A stretch of DNA of 47,580 bases from Candidatus Nanopelagicaceae bacterium (GCA_035531535.1 DATKSV010000003.1:1-47580); one strand, 5' to 3'; positions 20,326 to 28,578 are shown, counted from the first letter of the stretch. Notes: generated by a model not told the origin, from the sequence alone. Made by a program: numbers and translations.

Positions 20326-21200
20326 ACCCCGTCAGCGCCCCGCCAGCGCTGCTGACGGCACTGGATGGCCTGCGGGAGGAGGCGGCTCAGCGCTATGGGG
20401 CGCCCCCGCTGGTGGGCCTGACGGTGGTGCCCCGGGGCCTTCTGGGCTGGGTCGCCACCCCGGCTCAGGCGGACCAGGTGGCGGCGCTCGTGGCCGAGCT
20501 CTGGCCGGGAGCCAGGGCTCGCCTGCTGGTGCTGGGGGAGCGCCGGGCCCGGGTCGGCCTGCATGCGGTCACGCCGGCGCTCAACGTCTGGCGGACGCCT
20601 CCCGCGCCGGGGACCGAGCCGGAGCGAGTCACTCAGCTGCTTCCCGGGGACCCCCCAGCCGAGGTGATCGCGATCCGCCCCGGCCGTTTCCTGGTGCGAG
20701 CCCCGGGCCACGCCCTGGGGTGGGTGGCCCGGGGTGCCGGCTACCGCCTGGGCACGCCCTCTCCGGAGGGGGATCCGCCGGTCGACATCACCCAAGGTAC
20801 GGCCAGTTGGAGCCCCGAGCGGGTGCTGGCCGCAGCGCTGGCTTACGAGGGGCAACCGTACGTCTGGGGTGGCACCGGCGCCACCGGCATGGACTGCTCT
20901 GGCCTGCTCTGGCGGGCTTTCCTGACCGAGGGAATCCTGCTCCCCCGCAACAGCCGGGCGCAGCGCCGCCTGGGGCTCCGGGTGCGCCGCGAGGAGCTCC
21001 AGCCGGCCGACCTCCTGGGAGCGATCAGCCGGGGACAGCGGCGCTTCAGTCACGTGGCCCTGATGCTCGGCCCGGGCGAGGTGCTCCATGCCTGCAGTGA
21101 GCGCAGTCGAGTCCGCCGCGAGCCGCTGGCTGACTTCGAGCGCCGCTATCGGGTGCTGAGTGTGCGCCGCTTGCCGGGAGGCGTGAGCCCAGGACGGTAA
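20319..21200 (+). CDS. NlpC/P60 (C40) family peptidase with an N-terminal domain of unknown function.
   Basis: A GTG start overlaps the upstream stop and has a GAGAGG RBS. The C-terminal NlpC/P60 signature is GQPYVWGGTGATGMDCSGLLWRAF...HVALMLGPGEVLHA, consistent with a Cys-His catalytic pair. The upstream part of the track ORF 19965.. was trimmed. Confidence 0.75.
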   Translation: MVNPVSAPPALLTALDGLREEAAQRYGAPPLVGLTVVPRGLLGWVATPAQADQVAALVAELWPGARARLLVLGERRARVGLHAVTPALNVWRTPPAPGTEPERVTQLLPGDPPAEVIAIRPGRFLVRAPGHALGWVARGAGYRLGTPSPEGDPPVDITQGTASWSPERVLAAALAYEGQPYVWGGTGATGMDCSGLLWRAFLTEGILLPRNSRAQRRLGLRVRREELQPADLLGAISRGQRRFSHVALMLGPGEVLHACSERSRVRREPLADFERRYRVLSVRRLPGGVSPGR

Positions 21201-21210
21201 TCTTCACTGG

Positions 21211-22764
21211 GTGAACCCCCCGACCCCTGCGGCGAGCCCGACCCCCGGAGCGGCGCTCGGCCCGCTGCGCCTGCCTCCGGCGCTTCAGGGCCTGCGGGAG
21301 CAGCGCGTTGACGTGATCGGGGTGGCCAGCGTCGAAGGCGGCGAGATGGCCGGCTACCTGCTGGCAGCCGGCTTCACCAAGGTGGTCGGCCACGATCTCC
21401 AAGCCGACCTGGAACAGCTCCGTCGAGCCCACCATCTGGCCCACGCCGGGGTCGCTGAGCCAGAGCGCCAGGCCCACCTGGAGCGGCTCCTGAGCGGCCT
21501 TGCCGGGCTCCACCTGGGGCCGGAGTACCTCGCCGGGATCGAGGACTCGGCGCTGCTGATTCCAACTCAGGCCTGGTTTATGCAAGCGGCCAATCTGAAG
21601 CTGGCTCAACTTAGGGACGAGGGCCGGCCCTTCTACTCCCTGATCCAGGCCTATCTCGACCTGGCCAGCGGCCCGGTGGTGGGGATCACGGGCAGCCACG
21701 GCAAGTCCACCACCGCCGCCCTGGTGACAGCCGCCCTCTCCCACGCCCAGATGTTCCCCGAGGTCTGGCTGGCCGGCAATGACCGGCACAACCGCCAGGC
21801 CCTGGAGCAGGTGGCCCGAGACGAGCTGGGAGCGGGCTGCCTGGTGCTGGAGATCTCCAACCGCCAGCTGCTCCAGATGGACCGCGCGCCGGCGCTGGCC
21901 GCGATCACCAACATCACCCCCAATCACCTCGAGGAGCACTCCGGGATGGCCGGCTACATCGCCTGCAAGCGGCGCATCTTCGACCTGCCCGGATGCCGGG
22001 TCGCGGTCCGCAACGGAGACGACCAGATCAGCCTTGGCACCGGCGCCGTCAGGGAGGGCATCAGGGAGCTCCGCTTCGCCGCCGCCCTGGCCGGGCTCGG
22101 GAGCTGCGACGGAAGCTTCGAGGAGGGCGGCGCGGTCTGGCTGACCAGGCAGGGCGATCGAGCCCTGGCGCTGGAGATCGAGCGCCTGCGCCTGCGCGGC
22201 GCCCACAACCTGGCCAATGTGAGGGCGGCGGTGGCCATCTGCGCCGGCCTGGACGAGTTCCGGCCAGAGCTTCTGCCGAAATTGGCCGGGGGGCTGGAGA
22301 GCTTCGGCACCCTGGCTCACCGCATCCAGCTGGTCTGGCAGGAGGCGGGAGTTGACTACTACGACGACCTCTCCAGCACCACCCCGCAGTCGACCGTGGC
22401 CGCGCTTCGGACGATCGGACGCCCCTGCGTGCTGATCGCGGGCGGCCAGGACAAGGGCATCGCCTTCGACCAGCTGGCGGACGAGGTCGGGCGCTCGCTG
22501 GCGGCGGTGGTGCTGCTGCCGGGAGCGGGTTCGGACCGGCTCCTGGGGGCGATCAGGGAGATGGGTGCTGGGGAGTCGGTGCACCGGACCGGCGATCTGG
22601 AAAGCGCCGTGGGGATCGCCCGCCGACTGGCCCGACCTGGCGATGCCATCCTGCTCTCGCCCGCCTGCCCGGGCTTCTTCTCGGCGAACTATCAGGCAGG
22701 CGGATTCCGACAGTCGGTGCGCCGGCTCTCTACTTCTCCTCGTCGACGAACGGGGCCAGCGTGA
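21211..22764 (+). CDS. Mur ligase family protein (MurD-like amino-acid ligase paralogue) lying outside any dcw cluster.
   Basis: 517 aa with the Mur-ligase P-loop VGITGSHGKSTTAALV, ITNITPNHLEEH, a Rossmann-like N-terminal region and a MurD-like C-terminus (AILLSPACPGFFSANYQAGGF). Confidence 0.8.
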   Translation: MNPPTPAASPTPGAALGPLRLPPALQGLREQRVDVIGVASVEGGEMAGYLLAAGFTKVVGHDLQADLEQLRRAHHLAHAGVAEPERQAHLERLLSGLAGLHLGPEYLAGIEDSALLIPTQAWFMQAANLKLAQLRDEGRPFYSLIQAYLDLASGPVVGITGSHGKSTTAALVTAALSHAQMFPEVWLAGNDRHNRQALEQVARDELGAGCLVLEISNRQLLQMDRAPALAAITNITPNHLEEHSGMAGYIACKRRIFDLPGCRVAVRNGDDQISLGTGAVREGIRELRFAAALAGLGSCDGSFEEGGAVWLTRQGDRALALEIERLRLRGAHNLANVRAAVAICAGLDEFRPELLPKLAGGLESFGTLAHRIQLVWQEAGVDYYDDLSSTTPQSTVAALRTIGRPCVLIAGGQDKGIAFDQLADEVGRSLAAVVLLPGAGSDRLLGAIREMGAGESVHRTGDLESAVGIARRLARPGDAILLSPACPGFFSANYQAGGFRQSVRRLSTSPRRRTGPA

Positions 22765-22903
22765 AAGGCTCCAGGGCCACCACCTCGAAGGCGGCTCCAC
22801 AATTCGGGCAGTCGACCAGGTCGCCCACCTCCTCCGCCTCGGTGAGGTCCAATTCGGCCCCACAGTCGGGACATTCGCTTGCCCTATCGGACGCTGGTGC
22901 CAA
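22730..22903 (-). CDS. LysW/ArgW-like zinc-ribbon small acidic protein (candidate amino-group carrier protein) of 57 aa, not in the ORF track.
   Basis: The minus-strand translation is (L/M)APASDRASECPDCGAELDLTEAEEVGDLVDCPNCGAAFEVVALEPFTLAPFVDEEK*. It fits the LysW pattern of two CxxC zinc-ribbon motifs, GELV-C..CGAE.EVV.L.P, and an acidic tail. A TTG start follows a GGAGGAGAAGAGGA purine run. It overlaps the MurD-like 3' end by 35 nt in convergent orientation. Confidence 0.5.
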   Translation of the reverse strand: MAPASDRASECPDCGAELDLTEAEEVGDLVDCPNCGAAFEVVALEPFTLAPFVDEEK

Positions 22904-22917
22904 TCCTCTTCTCCTCC

Positions 22918-23979
22918 ATGCCCAGTCCTGACCCCGGGCCCGGCCCGGGGCAGTGGGATCACGCCGGCCTGTTTCAGGCGAGTGTACCCAGTGCGGCGCA
23001 GCTGAGCTTGGGCGAGGGCTGGACCCAGCTCCAGGCCGCCCGGGAGCTGGGCCTTGAGCTCGGGATCGCCGAGCTGTGGCTGAAGCGGGAAGACCTCTCC
23101 CCCACCGGCTCGCACAAGGCGCGCAGCCTCGGCCTCATGGTCTCGGACCTCAAGGCGCGCGGGATCTCGCAGGCGGTCATCTCCTCCTCCGGCAATGCGG
23201 CGGTGGCGGCGGCCGCGTTCTGCTCCCTGGCAGGGATCCGGTTGCTCAGCCTGGTCTCGCCCCGCACCGCGGCGGTCAAGCTCTCCGCCCTGCTCCGGCA
23301 GCCCCAGTTGGTGGTCGTAAGCGAGCACCCGGTCGCCCTCTTGCACCATGCCGTGACGGCGTGGGGGATGGCCGACCTGCGCACCTCGACCAACCGGCTG
23401 GGATCCGCCGCCTACCGCGGGATCGCCGCCGAGCTGGTGCCCGAGGGGCCCTGGCAGGCGGTCTTCGCGTTCGCCAACAGTGGCGCCACGGTACTCGGCC
23501 TGGCCGAAGGATTCAATCTCCTGCTCGCCGCTTCCGAACGGCCCCGGATGCACCTGGTCGAGGCCACCCCGGGGGGCGAGCTGACCAGGGCCTGGTACCC
23601 GCGGGGGCAGCGGACGGAGGCGTCGGGGGTCGGCGACCTAGGCACCCGGCGGAGCCGGCTGTCGCCGAGGGTGAGGCGGGTCGTCCGGGAGAGCGGGGGC
23701 CGAGGGTGGCGCGTCGGCCGGGCCAAGATGGAGGAAGCCCTGGCCCTGGGCGAGCGGCACGGAGTGGCCACGTCGTGGGAGGGGCTGGCCTCCCTGGCCG
23801 CGGCCCGGGAGGCCGCCCGCGAGGGTGGCGGCGGCAGGTGGGCGGTGGTTCTGAGCGGGGCTGCGGAACAGCTCGACCTGAGCCCGGTAGACCCCACCCC
23901 CACTGCGGCCGCGAGCACCCCTGGGGAGCTCGACCGGATCCTGACGGCGGCCGGCTTCGGGGCTGGGAGCGGCGCTTGA
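22918..23979 (+). CDS. PLP-dependent fold-type II enzyme (threonine synthase-like).
   Basis: It carries the PLP-lysine motif LWLKREDLSPTGSHKARSLG and a Gly-rich SSGNAAVAAAA stretch. The C-terminal region aligns with the threonine synthase / TrpB family pattern. The ATG at 22918 was chosen; the track used a TTG at 22879 that would overlap the LysW-like gene. Confidence 0.7.
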   Translation: MPSPDPGPGPGQWDHAGLFQASVPSAAQLSLGEGWTQLQAARELGLELGIAELWLKREDLSPTGSHKARSLGLMVSDLKARGISQAVISSSGNAAVAAAAFCSLAGIRLLSLVSPRTAAVKLSALLRQPQLVVVSEHPVALLHHAVTAWGMADLRTSTNRLGSAAYRGIAAELVPEGPWQAVFAFANSGATVLGLAEGFNLLLAASERPRMHLVEATPGGELTRAWYPRGQRTEASGVGDLGTRRSRLSPRVRRVVRESGGRGWRVGRAKMEEALALGERHGVATSWEGLASLAAAREAAREGGGGRWAVVLSGAAEQLDLSPVDPTPTAAASTPGELDRILTAAGFGAGSGA

Positions 23980-23987
23980 ACTCGGCG

Positions 23988-25208
23988 ATGGTATTCTTCG
24001 TCGGACCCGAGCCGGTGCCGGCTCTGGCCAGTGGGCTGCCGGTGATCTGCGCCGACGGCTGCGGGATCACCGATGCCGACCTGAGAGCCTTTCCGGAGGC
24101 GGGGCGGTCCAGTCAGGCCCTCTTGGACTGGGCCCCGGCGCAGCAGCTGCTGGCTGAGCGCGCCAGTGGCGTCGCCGTCTGGAAGAGCTCGGTCGCCACC
24201 GAGAGGCGGGCGGCTCAGCTCGGCCTGACCCTCGCCAACAGCCCCGCCAAGATCGCCCGGCGGCTCGAGAACAAGGCCTATTTCAGCCCGGCGGCGGCCC
24301 GGGCGGGTCTGCCGGTTCCCAGGATGGTGGGGGGTCCGGCCGGGCCCGAGTTGCTGGCGCCAGCGCTCGAGCTCGGGCCGGCCCTGGTCTTCCAGCTCGC
24401 GCACGGGTTCTCCGGGGCAGCCACCTATCCGGTCTCATCGGAGCCGGAGCTGCGCCGGCTGCTGCTGCGATTCGTGGGCCAGACCTGTCGCATCGCCGAG
24501 GTGGTGCCGGGGACCGCGGTGACCGTGACCGGAGTCGCCTTCGCCGACCGGATCGTGACCGGGCCGGCGTGCCTCCAGCTGACCGGGATCCCGGCGCTCA
24601 CCCCGCATCCCATGGGCTCCTGCGGCAACGACTTCCAGGCTCTGGTGCCGCACCGGGAGGTGGTGGAGGGCACCGCCGCCCAAGTCGGCGAGTGGCTTCG
24701 CCAGGAGGGACACCGCGGCGTCTTCGGGGTCGACCTGGTGGTAGCGGACGACGGTCGATGCTGGTGCATCGAGGCCAACCCGCGCCTGGTGGCGTCGGTG
24801 CCGCTCTGGACGCTCTCGGCCCGCGATCGCGGCGAGCGCTCGCTCCTGGACCAGCACCTGGGCTGCTTCGGCCTGGGCCAGCCGTCCGCCAGCCCCCTGC
24901 ACTGCCATTGGTCCCAGCTGATTCTCTACCAGGTGGGCGACGCCCCCGGGCCGGCGGCGGGGCCGGGCCAGCGCGCGGTGGAGACGGCCCGGGGCAAACC
25001 CGGCCCCGACGGCGGCTTCGCCGCCAGCGGCCCACTCAGCCTAGAAGGGCCCACGGCCGGCGAGGTCGCGCTGATCGTAAGGGCCGGCGCCCGACCCGGG
25101 CACGAGCTGGCTCGGCTGATCACAGATCGCCCCTTGACGTCTGCAGACGGCGAGTTGCTGCCCGAATGGATGGCCCTGGTGGGCCAGGTGCGGAGCCGGC
25201 TGGAGTAG
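23988..25208 (+). CDS. ATP-grasp domain enzyme.
   Basis: 406 aa from MVFFVGPEP, starting 8 nt after the PLP gene stop. ATP-grasp motifs are present (KAYFSPAAARAGLPVPRMV, GVFGVDLVVADDGRCWCIEANPRL). The upstream 23076..23987 of the track ORF is an out-of-frame overlap and was trimmed. Confidence 0.7.
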   Translation: MVFFVGPEPVPALASGLPVICADGCGITDADLRAFPEAGRSSQALLDWAPAQQLLAERASGVAVWKSSVATERRAAQLGLTLANSPAKIARRLENKAYFSPAAARAGLPVPRMVGGPAGPELLAPALELGPALVFQLAHGFSGAATYPVSSEPELRRLLLRFVGQTCRIAEVVPGTAVTVTGVAFADRIVTGPACLQLTGIPALTPHPMGSCGNDFQALVPHREVVEGTAAQVGEWLRQEGHRGVFGVDLVVADDGRCWCIEANPRLVASVPLWTLSARDRGERSLLDQHLGCFGLGQPSASPLHCHWSQLILYQVGDAPGPAAGPGQRAVETARGKPGPDGGFAASGPLSLEGPTAGEVALIVRAGARPGHELARLITDRPLTSADGELLPEWMALVGQVRSRLE

Positions 25209-25262
25209 GCCCGGCAGCCCCCCAACCGTTTCACGGAGGCTCCGAGGCGGTACCTTGAAGGT

Positions 25263-26333
25263 GTGGAATTCCGCGATTACTACGCCACCTTGGGAGTGCC
25301 TCGAACCGCCTCCGAGAAGGAGATCCGCTCCTCCTACCGCAAGCTGGCCAGGGAGCTCCATCCCGACGTCAACAAGGATCCCAAGGCCACCGAGCGGTTC
25401 AAGCGCGTCAACGAGGCCCACGAGGTGCTCAAGGACCCTGAAAAGCGCTCCAAGTACGATCGGCTCGGGGCGGACTGGGAGCAGCTCGAGAAGGCGCAGG
25501 CTAGCCGGCCCAGGCAGCCCCAGACGCCGTTCCAGAGCGCCGGCCGGCAGAGCGGCGCCCGGTTCGGGGGCTTCAGCGACTTCTTCGAGACCTTTTTCAG
25601 CGGCCACAGCGGCAATGCCGAGGACCCTCTGGTGGAGGCCGAGCTGGACCGGCTCCGGCGCGAGCAGTCGGCCCCCAGGCGAGGCCAGGACAGCGAGCAC
25701 CAGGTGGAGGTCACGCTCCGCGAGGCGGCCGAGGGCAGCGAGCGCACCCTCCAGCTCTCGATGTCGGAGACCTGCCCATCCTGCCACGGCACCGGACTGG
25801 TGCAGGAATCCGGGGACGGCGGCGGGACGACGGTCAAGACGGCGGTGAAGACCTGTCCCACCTGTCAGGGAACCGGGCGGCAGACCCGGCGCCGCAGCCT
25901 CAAGGTGACCATCCCCAAGGGCGTGACCGAGGGCTCGCGGATCCGAGTCGCCGGCGAGGGCACCGCCGGTCCCAACGGGGGCAACCGCGGCGACCTGTAC
26001 CTCCGGGCGCACCTGGAGTTGGAACCCGGCACCGAGGTCCGGGGGCGCGACGTCTACACCGAGATTCCGGTTCGCGACTACCGCGCGGCTCTGGGCGGGA
26101 GCGTGACCACCCAGGGGCTGACCGGCCGGCTTGAGGTCACAGTTCCCCCCAGCTGCCCGTCCGGGCGGACTATGCGGGTCCCCGGGAAGGGCATCCCAGC
26201 CCTGAGGGCCGGGGGCAAGGGAGGGGACCTCTTCCTCAAGGTGCGGGTTACCGCATCGACCAGGTCGCCCCTCGAGGAGGCTGAGCGCAAGGCCTATCTG
26301 GAACTGGCCAAGGCCGACGGACAGAGCGTCTGA
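25263..26333 (+). CDS. dnaJ: DnaJ-class molecular chaperone with a J domain, a CxxCxGxG zinc finger and a C-terminal domain.
   Basis: The J domain reads DYYATLGVPRTASEKEIRSSYRKLARELHPDVNKDP with HPD. The zinc-finger repeats are CPSCHGTG and CPTCQGTG. The start is a GTG. Confidence 0.85.
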   Translation: MEFRDYYATLGVPRTASEKEIRSSYRKLARELHPDVNKDPKATERFKRVNEAHEVLKDPEKRSKYDRLGADWEQLEKAQASRPRQPQTPFQSAGRQSGARFGGFSDFFETFFSGHSGNAEDPLVEAELDRLRREQSAPRRGQDSEHQVEVTLREAAEGSERTLQLSMSETCPSCHGTGLVQESGDGGGTTVKTAVKTCPTCQGTGRQTRRRSLKVTIPKGVTEGSRIRVAGEGTAGPNGGNRGDLYLRAHLELEPGTEVRGRDVYTEIPVRDYRAALGGSVTTQGLTGRLEVTVPPSCPSGRTMRVPGKGIPALRAGGKGGDLFLKVRVTASTRSPLEEAERKAYLELAKADGQSV

Positions 26334-26530
26334 GAGTCGGCCGGGCAACACCTGCCATCGGGAATTGCCAGAGCGCGCCAGGAGGCGCTGGGGTGGTGGG
26401 TCAGTCTGGACCGCTCGATGCTGGACTTGGCCCGACTCTCCGGCGACGGTTCCGCTGAGGCCGCCCGCCAGACCGCGGGTGGCCCTGTGGCCGCGAGTCC
26501 GGCCCGCCGAGGGGGCGTTCGGCGCGCGGC

Positions 26531-27274
26531 TCAGCCGGAGTGGGACTCCAGCACGCCCAGGTCCCGCTCGGCGTACTCGTTGTGCAACCACTCCTCATTC
26601 AGGATGACCTGGAGGCAGTGCCGAACCGGCTCGGCTCGGTTTGGGTGGCCTGCGGTATCGGGAGGGGTGCAGATGCGGTCGAGCTGGTCCGCCGTGAGGT
26701 TCGCGAAGGTCTGCGCCACCTCGGCCTGGCGCTGGCGCCGAACCCGCACCACCTGCTTGAGCGAGGGATGCGCTTCCCTGTCGACGCCCAGACTCGCCGG
26801 ATCGCTGAGCCAGGCGCCGGCCAGCCCCCAGGGGTGATAGGGGTGGGGCATCTGGAGGACCATCCGCCGCAGCCAGCAGTCGGTGGCGAAGATCAGGTGC
26901 TGCAGAGTCTCGACAAAGCTCCACTCGAAGTCGACGCGCTCATGAAGCAACTCCGGCGGCAAAGCTTGGGCGCGAGCCATGGTCGCCTCCCAGCGACTCC
27001 TTACGATCGCCCAGCCCCCGGCCAGGCCGGGGGGGTCGGTGGCGCGCAGTTGGGCGCGTTCCGGAGAGCGCCGTTCCAACTCGGCCCGGATGAGGGGCTC
27101 GACGTCCACGCCGTTGATGCGCAGGCCTTCGATGGATCCCGAGATCTCCGCCCCGGCGAAGTTACCATCGGTGATGCGGGCTTCCTCGAAGTCCGGGGAG
27201 TGCAGGCGCGCGCCGACGAAGTTGAGGTCCTCGAGCCGCGGCGGCGGCTCGCTGCTCATGCCGTGCTCGGGCAA
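26531..27274 (-). CDS. Pentapeptide-repeat plus DinB_2-family (metal-dependent, mycothiol/bacillithiol-transferase-like fold) protein.
   Basis: The N-terminus has pentapeptide-like repeats (LEDLNFVGARLHSPDFEEARITDGNFAGAEISGSIEGLRING). The C-terminus is a DinB-like four-helix region (HLIFATDCWLRRMVL...HP...). Confidence 0.65.
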   Translation of the reverse strand: MPEHGMSSEPPPRLEDLNFVGARLHSPDFEEARITDGNFAGAEISGSIEGLRINGVDVEPLIRAELERRSPERAQLRATDPPGLAGGWAIVRSRWEATMARAQALPPELLHERVDFEWSFVETLQHLIFATDCWLRRMVLQMPHPYHPWGLAGAWLSDPASLGVDREAHPSLKQVVRVRRQRQAEVAQTFANLTADQLDRICTPPDTAGHPNRAEPVRHCLQVILNEEWLHNEYAERDLGVLESHSG

Positions 27275-27481
27275 CGGGCGCTGTCCCCCGTTGCCGAGCG
27301 GCTCCCGGCCGGAAGCGCTCCCGAGGGCAGCTCGGCGCCCGCAAGCCCGACGGGAGCGCCCCAGCAGTGCCCCCAGTCGTTTCGGCTCACCCGGTTGCCG
27401 CCCTCGCCCAACTCCACCGCTAGCACCTGACCCTCACTGCGCCGCTCCGCCCCCGGAGGCTTGCCGCGAGGCTATCCTCGG

Positions 27482-27512
27482 GTATCCTCATGGCGGATCG
27501 CCATGAGGATAC
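27482..27512. promoter_or_regulatory. Perfect 14-3-14 palindrome GTATCCTCATGGCG-GAT-CGCCATGAGGATAC in a divergent intergenic region, and a candidate operator.
   Basis: Read directly from the sequence. The arms are exact reverse complements. A partial direct copy TATCCTCG sits immediately 5'. The site lies between the divergently transcribed DinB-like and VOC genes. Confidence 0.5.
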
Positions 27513-27669
27513 GACCTTCGCCCGGCGGGTGGCGGGCCGGCCCGGCCGAGCCTCCTCCAAACCGGCCCACTGCCGGCGCTGGATCTGGGTTGGGCTCCGC
27601 CTCGCGCGCCGGCTAGAATTTCATCAGCCGCTGCCCTGGCCGAGCCGCTTAGCGCACGGAGGATGTGAG

Positions 27670-28047
27670 GTGCCGCCTCGCTTGCGACTGCATCATGTGC
27701 AACTGGCCATGCCGCCCGGGCGGGAGGAGGATGTGCGGCATTTCTACAGCACGGTGCTGGGAATGCAGGAGATCCCCAAGCCGCCGGTGCTGGCCGCCCG
27801 GGGAGGCGCCTGGTTTCGAGCCGGGGAGATGGAGTTGCACGTGGGCGTCGAGGAGGACTTCCGCCCCGCCCGCAAGGCCCATCCCGGCATCCTGGTGGCG
27901 GCGATCGACAGTGTGGCGCAGCAGCTCCAAGCCGCCGGCGCCAAGGTCCAGTGGGACGACAACTTCCCCGGCTTCCGGCGCTTCTACAGCTGGGACCCGC
28001 TGGGCAATCGCCTGGAGTTCCTGGAGCCGCTGGACGCGGCGGGCTGA
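27670..28047 (+). CDS. VOC-family (glyoxalase/bleomycin-resistance-fold) protein.
   Basis: A GTG start follows GGAGGA by 7 nt. The protein begins LRLHHVQLAMPPGREEDVRHFYSTVLGM, and ..WDPLGNRLEFLEP is typical of the VOC fold. The upstream part of the track ORF 27490.. spans the palindrome and was trimmed. Confidence 0.7.
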   Translation: MPPRLRLHHVQLAMPPGREEDVRHFYSTVLGMQEIPKPPVLAARGGAWFRAGEMELHVGVEEDFRPARKAHPGILVAAIDSVAQQLQAAGAKVQWDDNFPGFRRFYSWDPLGNRLEFLEPLDAAG

Positions 28048-28110
28048 GCCGAGGATCCCTCGTCCGCGATCGGGGCCACGTGGGCGCCTAGACCAAGGAG
28101 GCCGTAACCG

Positions 28111-28578
28111 ATGTCGAAGGGCCGGCGCGGGCGGCTGGTGGTGGCGGCACTGGCCACCGCTGCGGCCCTGCTCGGCGCTGCCGCCGGGACGGCCGAGCCC
28201 TCGATGCGCCCGGCCGTCCCGGCGCCGAAGGGGACTAGCTACAGGCCGGTCCCGGTGGTGCCCGTGTGCTCTGGGTTCTACGCCAGCACCGGGACGGCCG
28301 ACGGCCCCCAGGAGGCGGAGGTGGCTCTGACCTCCACCCTGCCGGGTCCCGGTTTCGTGGCCGTGAAATGGCGGGGAGCCGCCGGTGACGCGCGCCCGCT
28401 GACGGCGCAGTGGGCCATAAATTCCGGACCGATTGCGGGCTTCCCCACTGTGGTGATCTTTCCCGGCCTCTCCCCGGCCCGGGCGAACTCGGCTCTGAGC
28501 GGATCGGCCGAGGTGGCTGTCTCCGCTCTCCACGGAAAGCGCGCCTTCTGTCTGATCGGACCGGCGCCAGCCGTCTGA
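28111..28578 (+). CDS. Secreted hypothetical protein with a signal peptide.
   Basis: A strong AAGGAGG RBS sits 8 nt before the ATG. The N-terminus MSKGRRGRLVVAALATAAALLGAAAG looks like a Sec signal. The protein is 155 aa. Confidence 0.6.
   Translation: MSKGRRGRLVVAALATAAALLGAAAGTAEPSMRPAVPAPKGTSYRPVPVVPVCSGFYASTGTADGPQEAEVALTSTLPGPGFVAVKWRGAAGDARPLTAQWAINSGPIAGFPTVVIFPGLSPARANSALSGSAEVAVSALHGKRAFCLIGPAPAV

Noticed and set aside
21046-23553. An 835-aa minus-strand ORF spanning the MurD-like and PLP genes.
   Set aside because: It is Arg/Gly/Pro-rich with no motifs and is antisense to two + strand genes with strong family signatures. This is the typical high-GC long antisense ORF. The real minus-strand gene here is the 57-aa LysW-like ORF in a different frame.
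23076-23987. The N-terminal 304 codons of the 710-aa + ORF.
   Set aside because: It overlaps the PLP-enzyme gene out of frame and is Arg/Gly/Pro-rich. ATP-grasp homology begins only at the ATG at 23988.
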